Source: Callorhinchus milii (lineage: Eukaryota). From it: a stretch of 64,000 nucleotides of DNA. Shown in pieces: positions 37,117-49,887 of this stretch (positions within the stretch are counted from its first letter, which is position 1; the number at the start of each line of letters is the position of its first letter). The stretch is from NCBI RefSeq assembly GCF_018977255.1, contig NW_024704743.1, positions 63,986,001 to 64,050,000 of the forward strand. Reading direction: 5' to 3'. A program made the translations under genes and the position numbers. The notes beneath the pieces are model-generated. The model saw only the letters and a list, made by a program, of their open reading frames with translations. It was not told the DNA's origin and ran no database searches.

Positions 37117-37794
37117 AATCTTTCTATTACTCGCATGCTTCTTTTGGATAGCCCAAGCTAACCTTACTAATTATCTATGGCTGAAATTGTCTTGCAAAAA
37201 GCACTGTTTGTTTTAAGGCCTAAAAAACAAATTTGGTTGAATTGAACTTAGTTTACTAGATGAGTATTGTTGTATAATTCTTTCATTCTAAGAGCATAAT
37301 TAAATCTCAAGAGTTACCTTCTGATTTACATATGAAATTACTGCACTCTTGTTGCAGTCATTGAGAAATAAAGTAAAATAATAATTTATAAATTAAATTT
37401 GTAAACTGGATACAACAAAGCTTGAATATAACATGCTGTTAAACAACAATAATCTGTTTCAACATAGCAATAATCTCCTTAAGGGCTCATTAAACACAGA
37501 TTTCTGTTAAGGAAAATCATATCTTTTGATACATAATAGCAGAATTGCAAATGTGCTAACATCCATGATTCTCGGTATTTTAAACATTATGCATTATCAT
37601 CTTAGTTTTCATTTCTTCAGCAAAAAAAGTACAGATCAGTTATTTGAGTCCGATCATGACTTAGAGCTCTTAGGTGGGGGATCATCATCCTCTCCAATAT
37701 AGATATGTCCCTCTGAGGGATTGATGCTAAAAACAGCAAACAATATTCCAAATTGGCTAAGATGAAAGATTGTGATTTTCAGATCACCTGTTTT

Positions 37795-38020
37795 AACCTT
37801 GCATTTGATATAGCACCTTATATCAAAATGCCTCAAAGCACTTCACAGGATATACTGTAAAGTGGTGTGATTGTGTGTATTTTGTAAGAAAATGTGGCAG
37901 AGCATTTCCACTCAGCAATGTCCCACAAATAACTATGGATTGAGTGACCAATTTTTATTCTGGGGAGATTGTTGGCTAGGACACCAGAGTAAACTCCCTT
38001 CTCTTTTTGAATAGTGCCAA
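37795..38020 (-). mobile_element. DeuSINE-like 3' half
   Basis: CCTTGCATTTGATATAGCACC...CAGCAATGTCCCACAAA...GGACACCAGAG...GAATAGTGCC. Confidence 0.8.
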
Positions 38021-38194
38021 GTAGTAAATGATCAGTAATAACATCCAAGTTGCAACTGACACTGTATTACTCTCACCTATTACAAGGACATCTTTCATCA
38101 AGTATATGTTTCATGGTTAATGTTCCATAAATGATGACTTATATTTAGCCACATACATATGCATTTGCATTTCTTAGTCCTTTTTCTTAATTGG

Positions 38195-38320
38195 CCCAAC
38201 AACAACAAGATTACATTTGTATAGCACCTTTCATGTCTGGAGGATGTCCCAAGGCGCTGGACAGAGTACAGCATTTCAGACCGAGCTGGGGTTGGGGGGG
38301 TAAGGGAGGGGAGGCCCAGA
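38195..38320 (-). mobile_element. L2 3' tail fragment
   Basis: (AAC)n...ATTTGTATAGCACCTTTCATGTCTGGAGGATGTCCCAAGGCGCTG. Confidence 0.8.
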
Positions 38321-38339
38321 TCTCTTTGAGTGACATAAC

Positions 38340-39870
38340 TACTTGATCACCGAGTTTTGTGTCTTCTATTACATTTACAATATAACTGGACAAATCCTTA
38401 TCAATTTCACACAATTTGTGCAAACAGCAGGAAATCCAGTAAATTTCTTGTAGAACTATTATTTGCATTTTTTCTGCAAGTTTAACAGTGTTGCCATTTG
38501 TCATCACTTTTTTGCTTCGCTAAGAGCAAAACAAAAAACCTAATTTTCAATCTGGGGTGTTAATTTATCATTAATTCCATTTACCCTAATCTTTGAAAGC
38601 CTCCTCAAAGAACTAGAGTTGATTCATGACGCATAACCTATTGCTTCTACAATTATAACTACTCATTATGTTCTATGCATTACAAGTTTAACATTTACTA
38701 CAGGTGAATACTTACCACACTTTTGCTGGGTTAACTGACCAATAATTTCCTGATGCATCACATGTACATTTTTTGAAATATTGGAATAACTTTTCCTATT
38801 CTCAGGTATGCCCTCTTTATATTGAGCTCTTCACCCTCTCTATTACACCCTCCTGTCTATGATACTAAAGACTGGGATGTTTACAAATTGTATTTGCCTC
38901 ATCAATTGTAAATTACAGTTTGCAGGTAATGTAGTCTGAAAATAACAGAAGAAAGCTCTTTTACTCATTGGCTTTTTTCTGAACTTTGTCAATTTAAGGT
39001 TCTTGACGATGTGAATTTCACAAAATAGAAATTGTAAACACAACAAACCGGATTGGCGAACATTGCAAACTAGATCTCAATATTTTCTGAGGTTCAATTC
39101 TTCTGAAGACATTTGAGAGCAATAATCCAGTTTCCAGCTCCGTAAAGAATCTTAGACCAGATGATAAAGCAACTGTGGATATTAGTGATGCCTAATTTGA
39201 CTTCTCATAGCGTAATCTAAGAAATAGTTTTATACTAATGTACTAAAATCACCAATTAAGTCTTTTACAAGAGGAAATAAATCCAATTTAAATTTTACTA
39301 CATATTCTGATTTCTTTCTTCACCATTAATTTTTTTTGGTGTTTCCTCAATTAAATCTTCAAATTGGAAACTCACATTTAGTGTTCCATAGGTAAAATAA
39401 TTTGAAAAACATCTTGTGGACATATGTGCCTCTAGTGTACNTTTTTTTACTTCACCAGTGAGCCCTGTGTAGTTACTTACCCTTTTCACACTTCCAGACT
39501 GAATAGCCAGGTCACCTTCACATTTCAACTGTGTGATTCTACCGGCCAAGTCATTTAATTTAGCCTCCTTCTTTTTGTTTTTCTTCATAACAGTGAACCC
39601 TTTCCTGACCTGCCAGGTTCAATTATTTGTAGAGATTGAATTCAAAACCTGTGCAACCATCTTCCAGAACTATCATCTCTAGTACATGGTTGGGGAAATT
39701 GATGGTAGTTCTAGAAACTGTCAACTCAATCATGATCTCTTCCAAAGTTAGAATCACTTTCTACTCAGCAAATTGGGCTTCGTATAATTTTGTCCTTAAC
39801 TTAATATTTCTAAATCGGATCTCTCAGCGATATTGCCTTTCATCTGATGACTTGTACAGGCCAATTGCCT
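38340..39870 (-). mobile_element. Highly degraded CR1-like LINE
   Basis: Reverse complement includes EDTKLG (ADDTKL-like), DF.K/HE- and SLT/GK-like remnants and linker-like A-rich sequence; one ambiguous base at 39441. Confidence 0.5.
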
Positions 39871-41269
39871 TTATTCCCAAATATAAAGGAGTCCCTCCCA
39901 CTTGCTCCATCCCCTCATTCAAGGTATGTTTCAAAACATATCTTTTTGACCTCATTTACCCTTCCCCACTACTATGCAAAAAGTGATTTATAAATGTAAA
40001 TTGCATTGTTTTCCTATCTGATTATATGTTGAACTACGATTACTGTATCTTTTATTGTTGGATCTTGAATTACCACAGGTGGAAAATTTAGATGAAATAA
40101 AAATTGTTAAAACTCCTACTTGATTGGTAATTGTGATTAATGCATGGAATGTTGTATACCTAATTGCTTAAGTTTCTGTGAGTTTTATTGACGTCCACAA
40201 ATACAGTATAGATTTTTAAACCAGTTTGATTGAATCTGCAGTTTGTCCATCCTACATTAATGCAGGCTGACATTAGGAATTCATTTAATAATAACAATAC
40301 ATTATTGAGTCATTTAACATGATTGCCATTTTCTGAATTACTTATAAAATTTGTACTTCACTTGTCCTTTAATTACTTATGTTTTTAACACCTTGTCTAC
40401 TAATTAAGTAGTTAAATATTTATTTTGATACTATATGACAGTAATTATTTTGGCATAAGGTGAATCCAGGTGCTGAAGCTTTAGATTGGATAATAAAGAA
40501 CACTTATTCTTCTATTCACTATTCACCTTGTACGTACAAATGAGAATTATTGTTATCCATCAGGCAAAATTGCCTCACTCCTTTAAGAAAATTTGTGTCT
40601 TGCATGGTAAAATGATCTTCACCTACTTTGCAGTGTAAAACATTACTTTGAGAAAGACCTTGGTTTTCTTTCTCTTATTACCAGACCCAAAAGTCTGTTT
40701 CCCACACAAAAGAAATTCAATCAATAACTATGTGAGCCTTTTGGTTTATGGCGGGAATGTACAAGCACGTTTTTTGGTTTCTCAAGTAGTGGCTCAAGCA
40801 CAGACTCTGGCATTAATGTTATAACACAAGTCTGTTGGAAAGCAAGTGCACAATGTTGCCTCCCTCTCTTCAAATCCTTGTGATGTTCTGCTAGGGCATG
40901 AGAGTAGCGATTTGCAATTGATGTTGCGCCAGTTCCATTTACACTGTTGCCGTGTATATTATTAATTTGAGTCTAAAACCACCTTCTAGTTTCATAGATT
41001 GCCTAAGAACCTGCATCAATTTAGATTTCATGTCAGGAAATTGATAAACACTAAAAGTGCAGCATGAAAGGAAGGTTAGTGAATTATATATGTTGGGGGT
41101 AGCTTCACTTCAATCTGTTTTGGGTTATGAATAGGGCAGTTCCTCACTTCCATCGATATGAATGCTGTTTATGAGTTTCACTTGTTAAGAAATCCTAGCT
41201 CTGAAGCTTTATTCATCATCTTACATTTCTTCCATAGAATGTTGATATCACTTATTTGGTTTGCAACAG

Positions 41270-41530
41270 AGAAGAACTTGCATTTTTATTGTGCATCATA
41301 TCAAAACGTCTCAATGTATTTTACTGTATCCGACTGTATTTACTCAAATGAAGTGGCTGTTTTTGTAGGCACACATAGCAGCCAATTTGTGCACAGCAAC
41401 GTCCAACAAACTGCCATGAAGTGAATGTCCAATTTATCTGGAGGACCATTCAGAATACCAAAATAAATTCCCTTCTCTTTCTGAATAGTGTCATGGTATC
41501 TCTATTGTCCACTTGAAGAACGGGCAGATG
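41270..41530 (-). mobile_element. Degraded DeuSINE-like fragment
   Basis: GCAGCCAATTTGTGCACAGCAACGTCC and GAATAGTGTCATGG anchors. Confidence 0.7.
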
Positions 41531-41579
41531 TTGGAGTCAGAGCACAAGCTCTAATTTCCTTTATCTGGAAATTAATTAA

Positions 41580-42110
41580 CCTTTGGAAATTTACAGCACA
41601 GAGAAAGGTCATATCTATGCTTGCTCTTTGAAAGAACAATCCATTCAGTCCCATTTACCTGCCTTTTGTCCTATGCAGGAAATTAATTTGGAATATCTAA
41701 ATCTACTTCCCCTTTGAAAGCTAATATGGATCTTGCCTCAACCATCACCCCTGACAGGACATTCCACATCCTAACAACTCGCAGCGTAACACTAAAATCC
41801 TCCTTTACTCCCTTTGCTAACTACCTTAAATTGATGCCCTCTTGTCACCGTTTCACCAACCAGTGGAAATAATTTCTCACTATCTACTCTTATCAAATCT
41901 CCTTATAATTTTAAGACCTCCCTTAGGTCTACCTTCACCCTCTAGTTTCTATTCATTGGTTCAAACCACACATCCCTGTTATTATCCTAGTTAATCTTCT
42001 CTGCGTTTACCTTAACATCGATACCCCTAACATTGTTCCTAAAGTGTGGTGATCAAAACTGGACACAATACTCTTAAGTGATGTCTAACAGGCTAAGCAA
42101 CACCTTGTGG
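41580..42110 (-). mobile_element. Degraded CR1 3' fragment
   Basis: Reverse complement of LEYCVQFW (CAAAACTGGACACAATACTC), GDL, W.N.L, and a CR1-type 3' end (ACAGCACAGAG...). Confidence 0.65.
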
Positions 42111-42753
42111 CTCCTTTGGAAATTGAACTGTTTAAAAAAAATCTGTCTCTGAATATGAATATGGATTATTTCCTGGTAATCAGAAACTCTTAAGATCACA
42201 ATAGCAGGTAGTTGGCTCTTCTTGGCCAAGATATAGATATAAGAGACTTCCTATATCTATGTGGAAGTTGAATAAATGGTTATATATTGACCATAGATAA
42301 CATTGTTTTCATTCTTTGCAAGAAGTTCAGTCTTCACATAGAAAACATCTCCTTTCCTCTTTCTGATCTGGTGTGGCTTAAATGTGTAGAATTGTATTTT
42401 AAATCTATTTATCAATTTTATAGATTTTAATTAATTGTTTCATTGTTGCCCACTTGAGGTAAAACCTCAAAATCCATCAGTAAAATGAAGTTTTGCACAA
42501 CCATATAAATCAGCTGACTGTTTGGTGAAAATTTCCTTAAAGTGACACTGTCTCAGTGATTAACCCATCACCTTACTCTCTCCCCCCACCACCCAGCATG
42601 GGGGTGTTATGATTTGGTAAGTTTGTGTAGAAGTTGAATGTTTTTCAAAGCGAGATGAAGCCTTCATCTATGGTAAGTAACCTACCATTAATGTATACCT
42701 TGGTATTTACAGTTGCCATGAGATATCTTGATGTGTTATGTTTGGTAGATTTG

Positions 42754-42905
42754 TGCTGCTGGATGTTCACGGGGACCGGTTGTCATGTTGACAGTTAATG
42801 GAATGTGCTAAATCAGCATCGTGATCAGCTGCTGATGTTGGATATTCACGGAGACCGTTGTATTGCTAACAGTTATCGGAAAATACTAAATCAGCATTCT
42901 AATCA
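42754..42905. repeat. Diverged tandem duplication, 2 x ~77 bp
   Basis: TGGAT.TTCACGG.GACCG..TGT..TG.T.ACAGTTA..GGAA...CTAAATCAGCAT occurs twice. Confidence 0.85.
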
Positions 42906-43699
42906 ACTATCACAGTATTATGAAACCCTGGTATACTCAATCACAGCACACCAGCTCTCTTATTTATTTATGTCCAGTATAATAATAGCAGCCTGATTTT
43001 TCTGTTATACTGTTCAAAGTACATATTTCGTTTACATTACTGACGTTTTGAACAGTATGACATACCTTTGCTTTCCTCCTTTTAAGTTGCCCCATTCCAT
43101 CTTGCTGCGATTTGCATCGACTGGTGGGAGAATAATTATTCCAGCTCATGGCACTCTGAGACGGCTCCTCAGAGGTGCCTAGGAGATATACTAACTCTAT
43201 TCCCTCCCCTTTCTCTCCATCCCCCCTTACAGGAAGCAAGTGCTCATGCTTGACTTTATACCTGCTATAATACTGCAAGTCAAATTGAGTACTCAGCAAA
43301 GTGGCAGGATTCAATCTGTGTTCCAGTACTTTGTGGTTCCACATGTTGATGTTCCACCACTTGTGCTTATATTATTTTATTATTTTTAAAGGTGCAACTT
43401 AATTGGATTAACATTGGTTTAGGATCATTTTTGTCGGTCTTTGATCCATATCTGTTTCAAAAAATATAGTTTTTAAAAATGTTGTCAAGAAACTGTTATA
43501 ACTACTTTTACACCTAATCATTTTGTTCTGACAATTTCCAACTTTTCAGTTTAAATTCACAAGGAATCTATTCCTTATTCTTGGTTTGATCTGTGATTGC
43601 CTCCAAAAAAGTGCAACTTGTATATATAAATCAGTTACGTTTAAAAGCTTACTTTATGTTTTATAAAATTAACATAGAACTTGTGTTTGCTTTTTACAG

Positions 43700-43771
43700 G
43701 AATTGACTGTTTACAAATTCTGAGGTTACCATTGGTTATTCAAGTAAGGGCAGTCAAGAGTTGCGTTTCAG
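43700..43771 (+). other. Candidate 72-nt internal exon (UTR, or phase-1 coding: IDCLQILRLPLVIQVRAVKSCVS)
   Basis: Strong acceptor TTGTGTTTGCTTTTTACAG and donor CAG|GTGAGT; length divisible by 3; only one frame open; unique flanks. Confidence 0.55.
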
Positions 43772-44434
43772 GTGAGTGGTTTAGTTACAATTTAGAATAA
43801 TTTCTAAACCATTGCATTTTTTTATACTAGTATCTGTTTTTTTTTCCACTTGAACACCATTCTATTCTCCTCTGGGCTTGGATCTCTTGAAACCCACAGT
43901 AAAGGCAGATAACCTATTTTCTGCAGCTAATTCTGCAGATGATATGAGTGGTGACATGCAAGTATTTAAGAAGCATGTATGTTCCCTTCCTTCCCAGACC
44001 TCCTAGTTCCTGACCTCTCTTGGTAGTTCCCCATGGCAACTCAGTGAAGATCAATAATTCAGAAGAGTAGTGGATTGAACTTTTGTGCCACTACACTTTG
44101 TATGCTTATAGATTGTTACTTCAACAGGCTGGCACACTTAAACTATTCAATCTGGTGATATCAGTATCAGGTTTGAAGTAGGAAACTTGATTTACACTTG
44201 CTTATTTTGAATTGCTCTCTCTGAGGACTTAGGAGAGCTTCACCCATGTAAAACCATGTTCCTAAGCAATACAATACTTTGTAAACTGGTGTTAAATGGT
44301 GATTCATATTTTAAATATTGTGAAAGTGCCAGGAGGGCAGCTGGCTCTTTTAAAAAAATTGACACCTTAATAGATTGGCCATGAAGTTTTAAAGTAAATT
44401 TTTTTAAAAGCATAATTTTATAACCGTTTTATAC

Positions 44435-44590
44435 TGACCGACTCCAGGTCCACGGATATTCTGTCAGCTTGCTTGTCAGACATCCAGGCCTGGATGAGCA
44501 CAAACCTCCTGCAGTTGAATGTCGACAATTCGGAAAATATACATCTTGGCTCCCATCAACGTCTTCTCTCCTGTGGCTCTGACTTCCTGA
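44435..44590 (+). mobile_element. Internal L2 ORF2 fragment
   Basis: CLSDIQAWMSTNLLQLNV peptide, homologous to the L2 RT region. Confidence 0.75.
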
Positions 44591-47009
44591 ATCTCCGTGG
44601 AGATATAAGTGGATATGCTGAAATCAATGCCACTATATCCATTCTAAACTTACCTAGCTGAACTACACTATCATCATCAATTTGCGCTGACAATTTGTGA
44701 TGAATGAACAGTAAATGTGCAGTGCAGATGAGGCATTGATGTTGCAGCATGCCCAATTCCTGAGTTGTATTGTCGGAACGTTTTCTTGTATATATTAAGT
44801 ATAGCTACAATTATCAGTCACCTTGAATTTGGTGTTTTTTATGCTTAAGTAAAACTCCTGACAATCCCACTCAGATTGAATGACTAACGTCCCAACGACC
44901 CATTGCATTTATCATCCAAACAGGTATTTTAAACTCAGGAGACCCAACATAGCAGATCTTGGTGTAGCTGCTTCTCCACTTGCACAAATAGGCATAGTTC
45001 TCATAGATAAAAGAGCTTTTCATTTTTATCCCCAAGGGAGAATGCTTCACGTTGAATAATAGTAATATTTCCTTTTAAGGGTTAACCGAAAATGTTGGTG
45101 GTGCAAATAATTTTTATTTGACACATCACTTCAATCACTTTCTTTTCATTTGATTACCCATGTACTTTTTTGACCCTTAATCAGGTTAAGTAAAAAAAAG
45201 CATTCTGGCAGAAGTGCTTGCATCAGCAGACCAGACTCCTTGTGAAGGGTTTGATATGCAAGTATGCATTCTAAGAGCTCATTTTCAATTGAATTACTTT
45301 GAGTCTTAAGAGTAGAAACTATCGTATTAGTAAGTATGCATATTATATTACTGATATGATAGTACATTGGACAATATTTAAATACAGAAACAGCTGAAAT
45401 GTACTTAAAATAATTTTTTAAATGAAATGATGCTATTATCAAGCAAACATAGAAATTCTCCAGGGTCGATTTCCTTTTTGCAGTTTGGGAAAATTTAAAT
45501 TGGCAAATACCACAGAGCAGTCAACTAAAACCAAGCATTCCTGTGATGGTGACATGAAAGATGAAAAGACTTCACAAAATAAATATTTAAAAGTCATACT
45601 GATGGGTTGAATGTGAGTCGACAGTGAAATGAGAATTCTAGAATATTGTGTGAATTGCTCAGAAAAAGAAAATGTTTCATTTAAACCAGCAAATGATTTC
45701 AATTTAACAGCAATATGTGGATGTTGTTTGGGAAATGTTCTAAAGTATGCTGTCTGAGAAAGTTTGTTACTTCATCTATTTGTTCCTGTCTCTCCTGAGA
45801 TAAAGGGGAAAATATTTTTGGTGTAAGTGAAAGCAGCAGATTAGCCAGTGGGAGACAATTTAAATATGAGATCAAGAGGGTTCAGATTAAGTACATTTCG
45901 ATTGAGAGTAAAGAAGAAGCTTCAAAGCTTCCATGGTTAAACAGGAACAAAAATTAGGTTTAGAAAAATAATATACTGTACTATGAATATAGAGCTGATA
46001 AAACAGGAAAATAGTATGAAATATAAAAAGTTTAGATGGGAAGCAAAAAAGGGGTTAGAAAAGCTAAAAGGTAGTCTTAAAAAAACTTCTGCTTGTCAAT
46101 ATGCAAGGATCAAATTCAAGGATTATAATATCAAATGTTTTTATAAGCCTAGCTCAGTGATATAACTCTAGCTTCCGAGTCAGAGGGTTGGCAGAGCCTT
46201 GCAAAATTGTGGAGGTGAGGAAAAGCTGAGCGAGTGAAAGCACACATTTTAATGAGTTAAGGTTAATATTACAGTTGTAAAGCTATCCTGACTACCCTTA
46301 CCACTGTTATGTTGATGTTTTTGTCAATGTCACAGTGCAAGAGCTGAATATGTACAGAACTGATTTGTTCACAGGCATGAGTTTCCACAGAAATCTTAAT
46401 GATTTAAAGAAATACTAATGGATTTTCATAAAGTTTTGAATTTTGATCATATAATGCAGTTTGGATGTATTTTGTACAAATGGGCAGTATATTTTCTCCT
46501 TTATATTATACTGTAGTGTTTAGCCAAGGTACATTATGACAATATTTTGAGTTCTATTTTCCAAAATAGTTTTCATGCTGTATTTGAGATAATGCTTCTG
46601 TAACTGCAGCCCTTTCTACTGCTCATTTTACCTGAAATGGTTGTGTCAAATAAACTGCAGATTGAAGGTGACCTGCAGTTAGAAAACGGGGATTGGATTA
46701 TTAAATTAAATAATGTTTTTCCAATTTATTTTTAAAAGAGATGTTTTTCTCATGCATCTGGCCAACAATCCTTTGGGATCATGACTTTGGTAATACATTC
46801 TGCAATTTCAATTGTAATTAGCACATCAACTTCCAGTTGATGATTGAGTTAGGGAAAAGTAATATGATGGTACCAAATGTATTTGGGAAGAGCACCAACT
46901 ACTGTGAAAACGATGATTGTATGGGATATGGCAATCTGATGTTCGCCATTCCCTTGCGATGTCTATAATGTCATTCTAATGATTGAGATGTGTGTTGGTT
47001 CAATCCCAA

Positions 47010-47148
47010 CTGACCTTTCTTTTCGACCGCGCCTTTGGTCGCCTTCCCCCCCATCCCCCTGTCTCGGTCCCGGGATCCGAAACTGTAAAGCGCTCTAAGA
47101 CGCCGTCCAACGTGGAGGGTGCTACATAAATCCAAGTTGTTGTTGTTG
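47010..47148 (+). mobile_element. L2 3' end (second tail subfamily)
   Basis: TFLFDRAF, then GCGCTCTAAGACGCCGTCCAACGTGGAGGGTGC...(GTT)n. Confidence 0.85.
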
Positions 47149-47244
47149 ATGAATGTCTAGTAAATAAAGTGCAGTGCAAGGAGCTAGACATTAATTCAGC
47201 TCAGGCTGCATTAATTCTGCTTGTGACCACTGTTGTTCACAACT

Positions 47245-49118
47245 TCCATTAACGATTTGGACTCGGAGATTGAAAGTACAATTTCAAAATTTGCCACCAA
47301 ATTGGGGGGGGGAATGTAGTTAATACTAAGGAGGACTGCAATAAATTACAAGACATTAATAAACTTGCTGAATGGGCAATTAGTTGGCAAATTAATTTCA
47401 ATATAGATAAATGTGAGGTGGTACATTTTGGTAGGAGGAATGAGGAGGTCACATACTACCTGGAAAATAAGAATATAAATGGGGTAGAGCAGAACATAAG
47501 AATTAGGAGCAGGAGTAGGCCATTCGGCCCCTCGAGCCTGCCCCGCCATTCGATAAGATCATGGCTGATCTTCTGACCTAACTCTAATTATCTGCCCTAT
47601 CCCCATATCCCCTAATCCCTCTATTTTTTAAAAATCTATCAGTCTCAGCCTTGAAGATGTTCAAGGACTGAGCATCTACAGCCTTCTGGGGGAGTGAATT
47701 CCATAAATTCACTATCCTCTGAGTGAAGAAATGTTTCCTCAACTCTGTTCTGAAAGGCTGACCCTTCGTTTTAAGACTGTGACCCCTGGTTATAGATTCT
47801 CTTACCAGGAGAAACAGACCCTCAGTGTCTACTTTATCCAGCCCTTTAAGAATAGTATATGTTTCAATAAGTTCTCCCCTAATTCTTCTGTACTCTAGTG
47901 AATATAGCCCTAGTTTATTCAGCCTATCCTCATAGGTCAGTCCCCTCATCCCAGGAACTAACCTAGTGAATCTACGCTGCACCCCCTCTAGGGTAAGTAT
48001 GTCCTTTTTTAAATAAGGAGACCAAAACTGCACACAATACTCTAGATGCGGTCTCACCAAAGCCCTATACAGTTGCAGCAAGACTTCCCTACTCTTGTAC
48101 TCTAAACCTCTTGCAATGAACGCTAACTTACCGTTCGCCTTCTTAGTTGCTTGCTGCACCTGCAAACTAACTTTTTGAGACTGGTGTACAAGGACACCCA
48201 AATCCTTCTGAACACTAACACATCTAATCTCTCCCCCTCTAGAAAATAATCTGTTTTTCTATTTTTTCTATCAAGGTGAATAACTTCACACTTCCCCATA
48301 TTAAATTCCATCTGCCACCTACTTGCCCATTCCCCAGGCCTATCTATATCCCGTTGCAATCTTTTTGCATCATCCTCAGAGCTTACTCTCCCACCTAGTT
48401 TAGTGTCATCCGTGAGCAAAGGGATCCAGAGGTACAGATACACAAATTGCTAAAAGTAGCGATGCAGATTAATAAGGCTATAAAAAAAATCAAACCAAGT
48501 GTTGGGGTTCATTTCTAGAGGGATAGAAATGAAAAGCAGGGAAGTTATTCTAAACTTATTTCATACCGTGGTTAGACCCCACTTGGGGTATCGTGTACAG
48601 TTCTGGTCCCCATATTTATAGAAAGGATATAGAAGGACTGGAGAAGGCACAAAGGAGATTTACAAGGATGATACCGGAACTGCAAGGTTAAACCTATCAG
48701 GAAACCTGAACAAGCTTGGACTCTTCTCTTGAAAAGAGAAGGGTGAGGAGTGACCCAATAGAGGTCTTTAAAATTACGAAAGGTTTTGATAGAAGAGAAG
48801 ATGTTTCCACTTGTGGGGGAGACCAAACCAGGGGACATAAATATAAAATAGTCACAAATAGATCAAATAGGGAAGTCAGAAGAAACTTCTTTACCCAGAG
48901 AGTGATGGAATGTGGAACTCGCTATACAAGGAGTAGTTGAGGCGAATAGCATAACTGCATTTAAGGGGAAGCTAGATAAATACATGAGGGAGAAAGGAAT
49001 AGAAGGTTATGCTGATAGGCTTAGTTGAAGAAGGGCAGGAGGAGGCTCATGTGGAGCATAAACACCGGCATAGACCAGTTGGGCCAAATAGCCTGTTTCT
49101 GAGCTGTATATTCTGTGA
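47245..49118 (+). mobile_element. Older CR1 3' portion, split by a younger CR1 (host parts 47245-47491 and 48414-49118)
   Basis: INDLD, KCEVVHFG and GV.. motifs stop at 47491 and resume as RDP.VQIH at ~48420; CR1 3' end GGGCCAAATAGCCTGTTTCTGAGCTGTATATTCT. Confidence 0.9.
47492..48413 (-). mobile_element. Young 5'-truncated CR1, nested, same subfamily as 29345-31355
   Basis: The 205-aa ORF is nearly identical to 30641-31258; same 3' terminus; GAGCA direct repeat at 47487-47491 and 48414-48418. Confidence 0.97.
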
Positions 49119-49339
49119 GGAGAGTATTAAAGATAATAAAATGAAATTGGGCAATCATTTAATAATTCAAACATGAATGAAAACTTTCCAATTTTGGCAG
49201 ATGCCTTGTATCCAATTCAACTATGAACAATACTGCATTTAAATTTAGACTTGGATATACTGTACAATGTAAAGTTTACTAATTTGGGTACTTTACTTTT
49301 CCCAAAATGTGTATATGGATGACCAGACATTTTTTCTCA

Positions 49340-49730
49340 GTGTGAGAGAAATGCACAAGAAGCAATGTTCCATAAACAGCCTTGAATTGAAGGTTGTATC
49401 TACAACAACAACAAAATTATATTTGTATAGCTCCTTTCACGTCGGGAAGACGTCCCAAGGTGCTGGACAGACAGAGTTTCGGACCCAAGCTGGGGGTCTA
49501 GGGATGGTTGACCAGGATACTGGGAAAAACTCCCTTCTCTTTTCAAATAATGACTTGGAATCTTTAGTGTCCACCTGAGCAGGCAGATGGGGTTTTGACT
49601 TAACGTTCATCAGAAGAACATCACCTCTGATAATGCAATGCTGCCCCAGCAAGTTCAAAGTCCTGACATAGATCATGAATCCACAACCTTCTGACACAAA
49701 GGCAAGAATGCTTCCATTGAGCTAGGCTAT
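49340..49730 (-). mobile_element. DeuSINE-like SINE with an L2 tail (~49400-49500) nested inside
   Basis: Head remnant at 49650-49730, core at 49505-49640 and 49340-49390; the L2 tail TTTCACGTCGGGAAGACGTCCCAAGG lies between them. Confidence 0.7.
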
Positions 49731-49887
49731 GTTCTACATGCACTGTAGTGTTGTACCAATGATATCCAGAATAAACTTGCATAGATAATAATTGCTATAT
49801 CAAGAAAATGGGGAGTCATTCTCCCAGTTGCTTGTAGTTCACATATAGTTCCCTCTTAATCCAAATTTACCTGGAAATTCAAATTAA

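Noticed and set aside
39441..39441. Ambiguous base n
   Set aside because: Assembly ambiguity next to a T run; no biological meaning.
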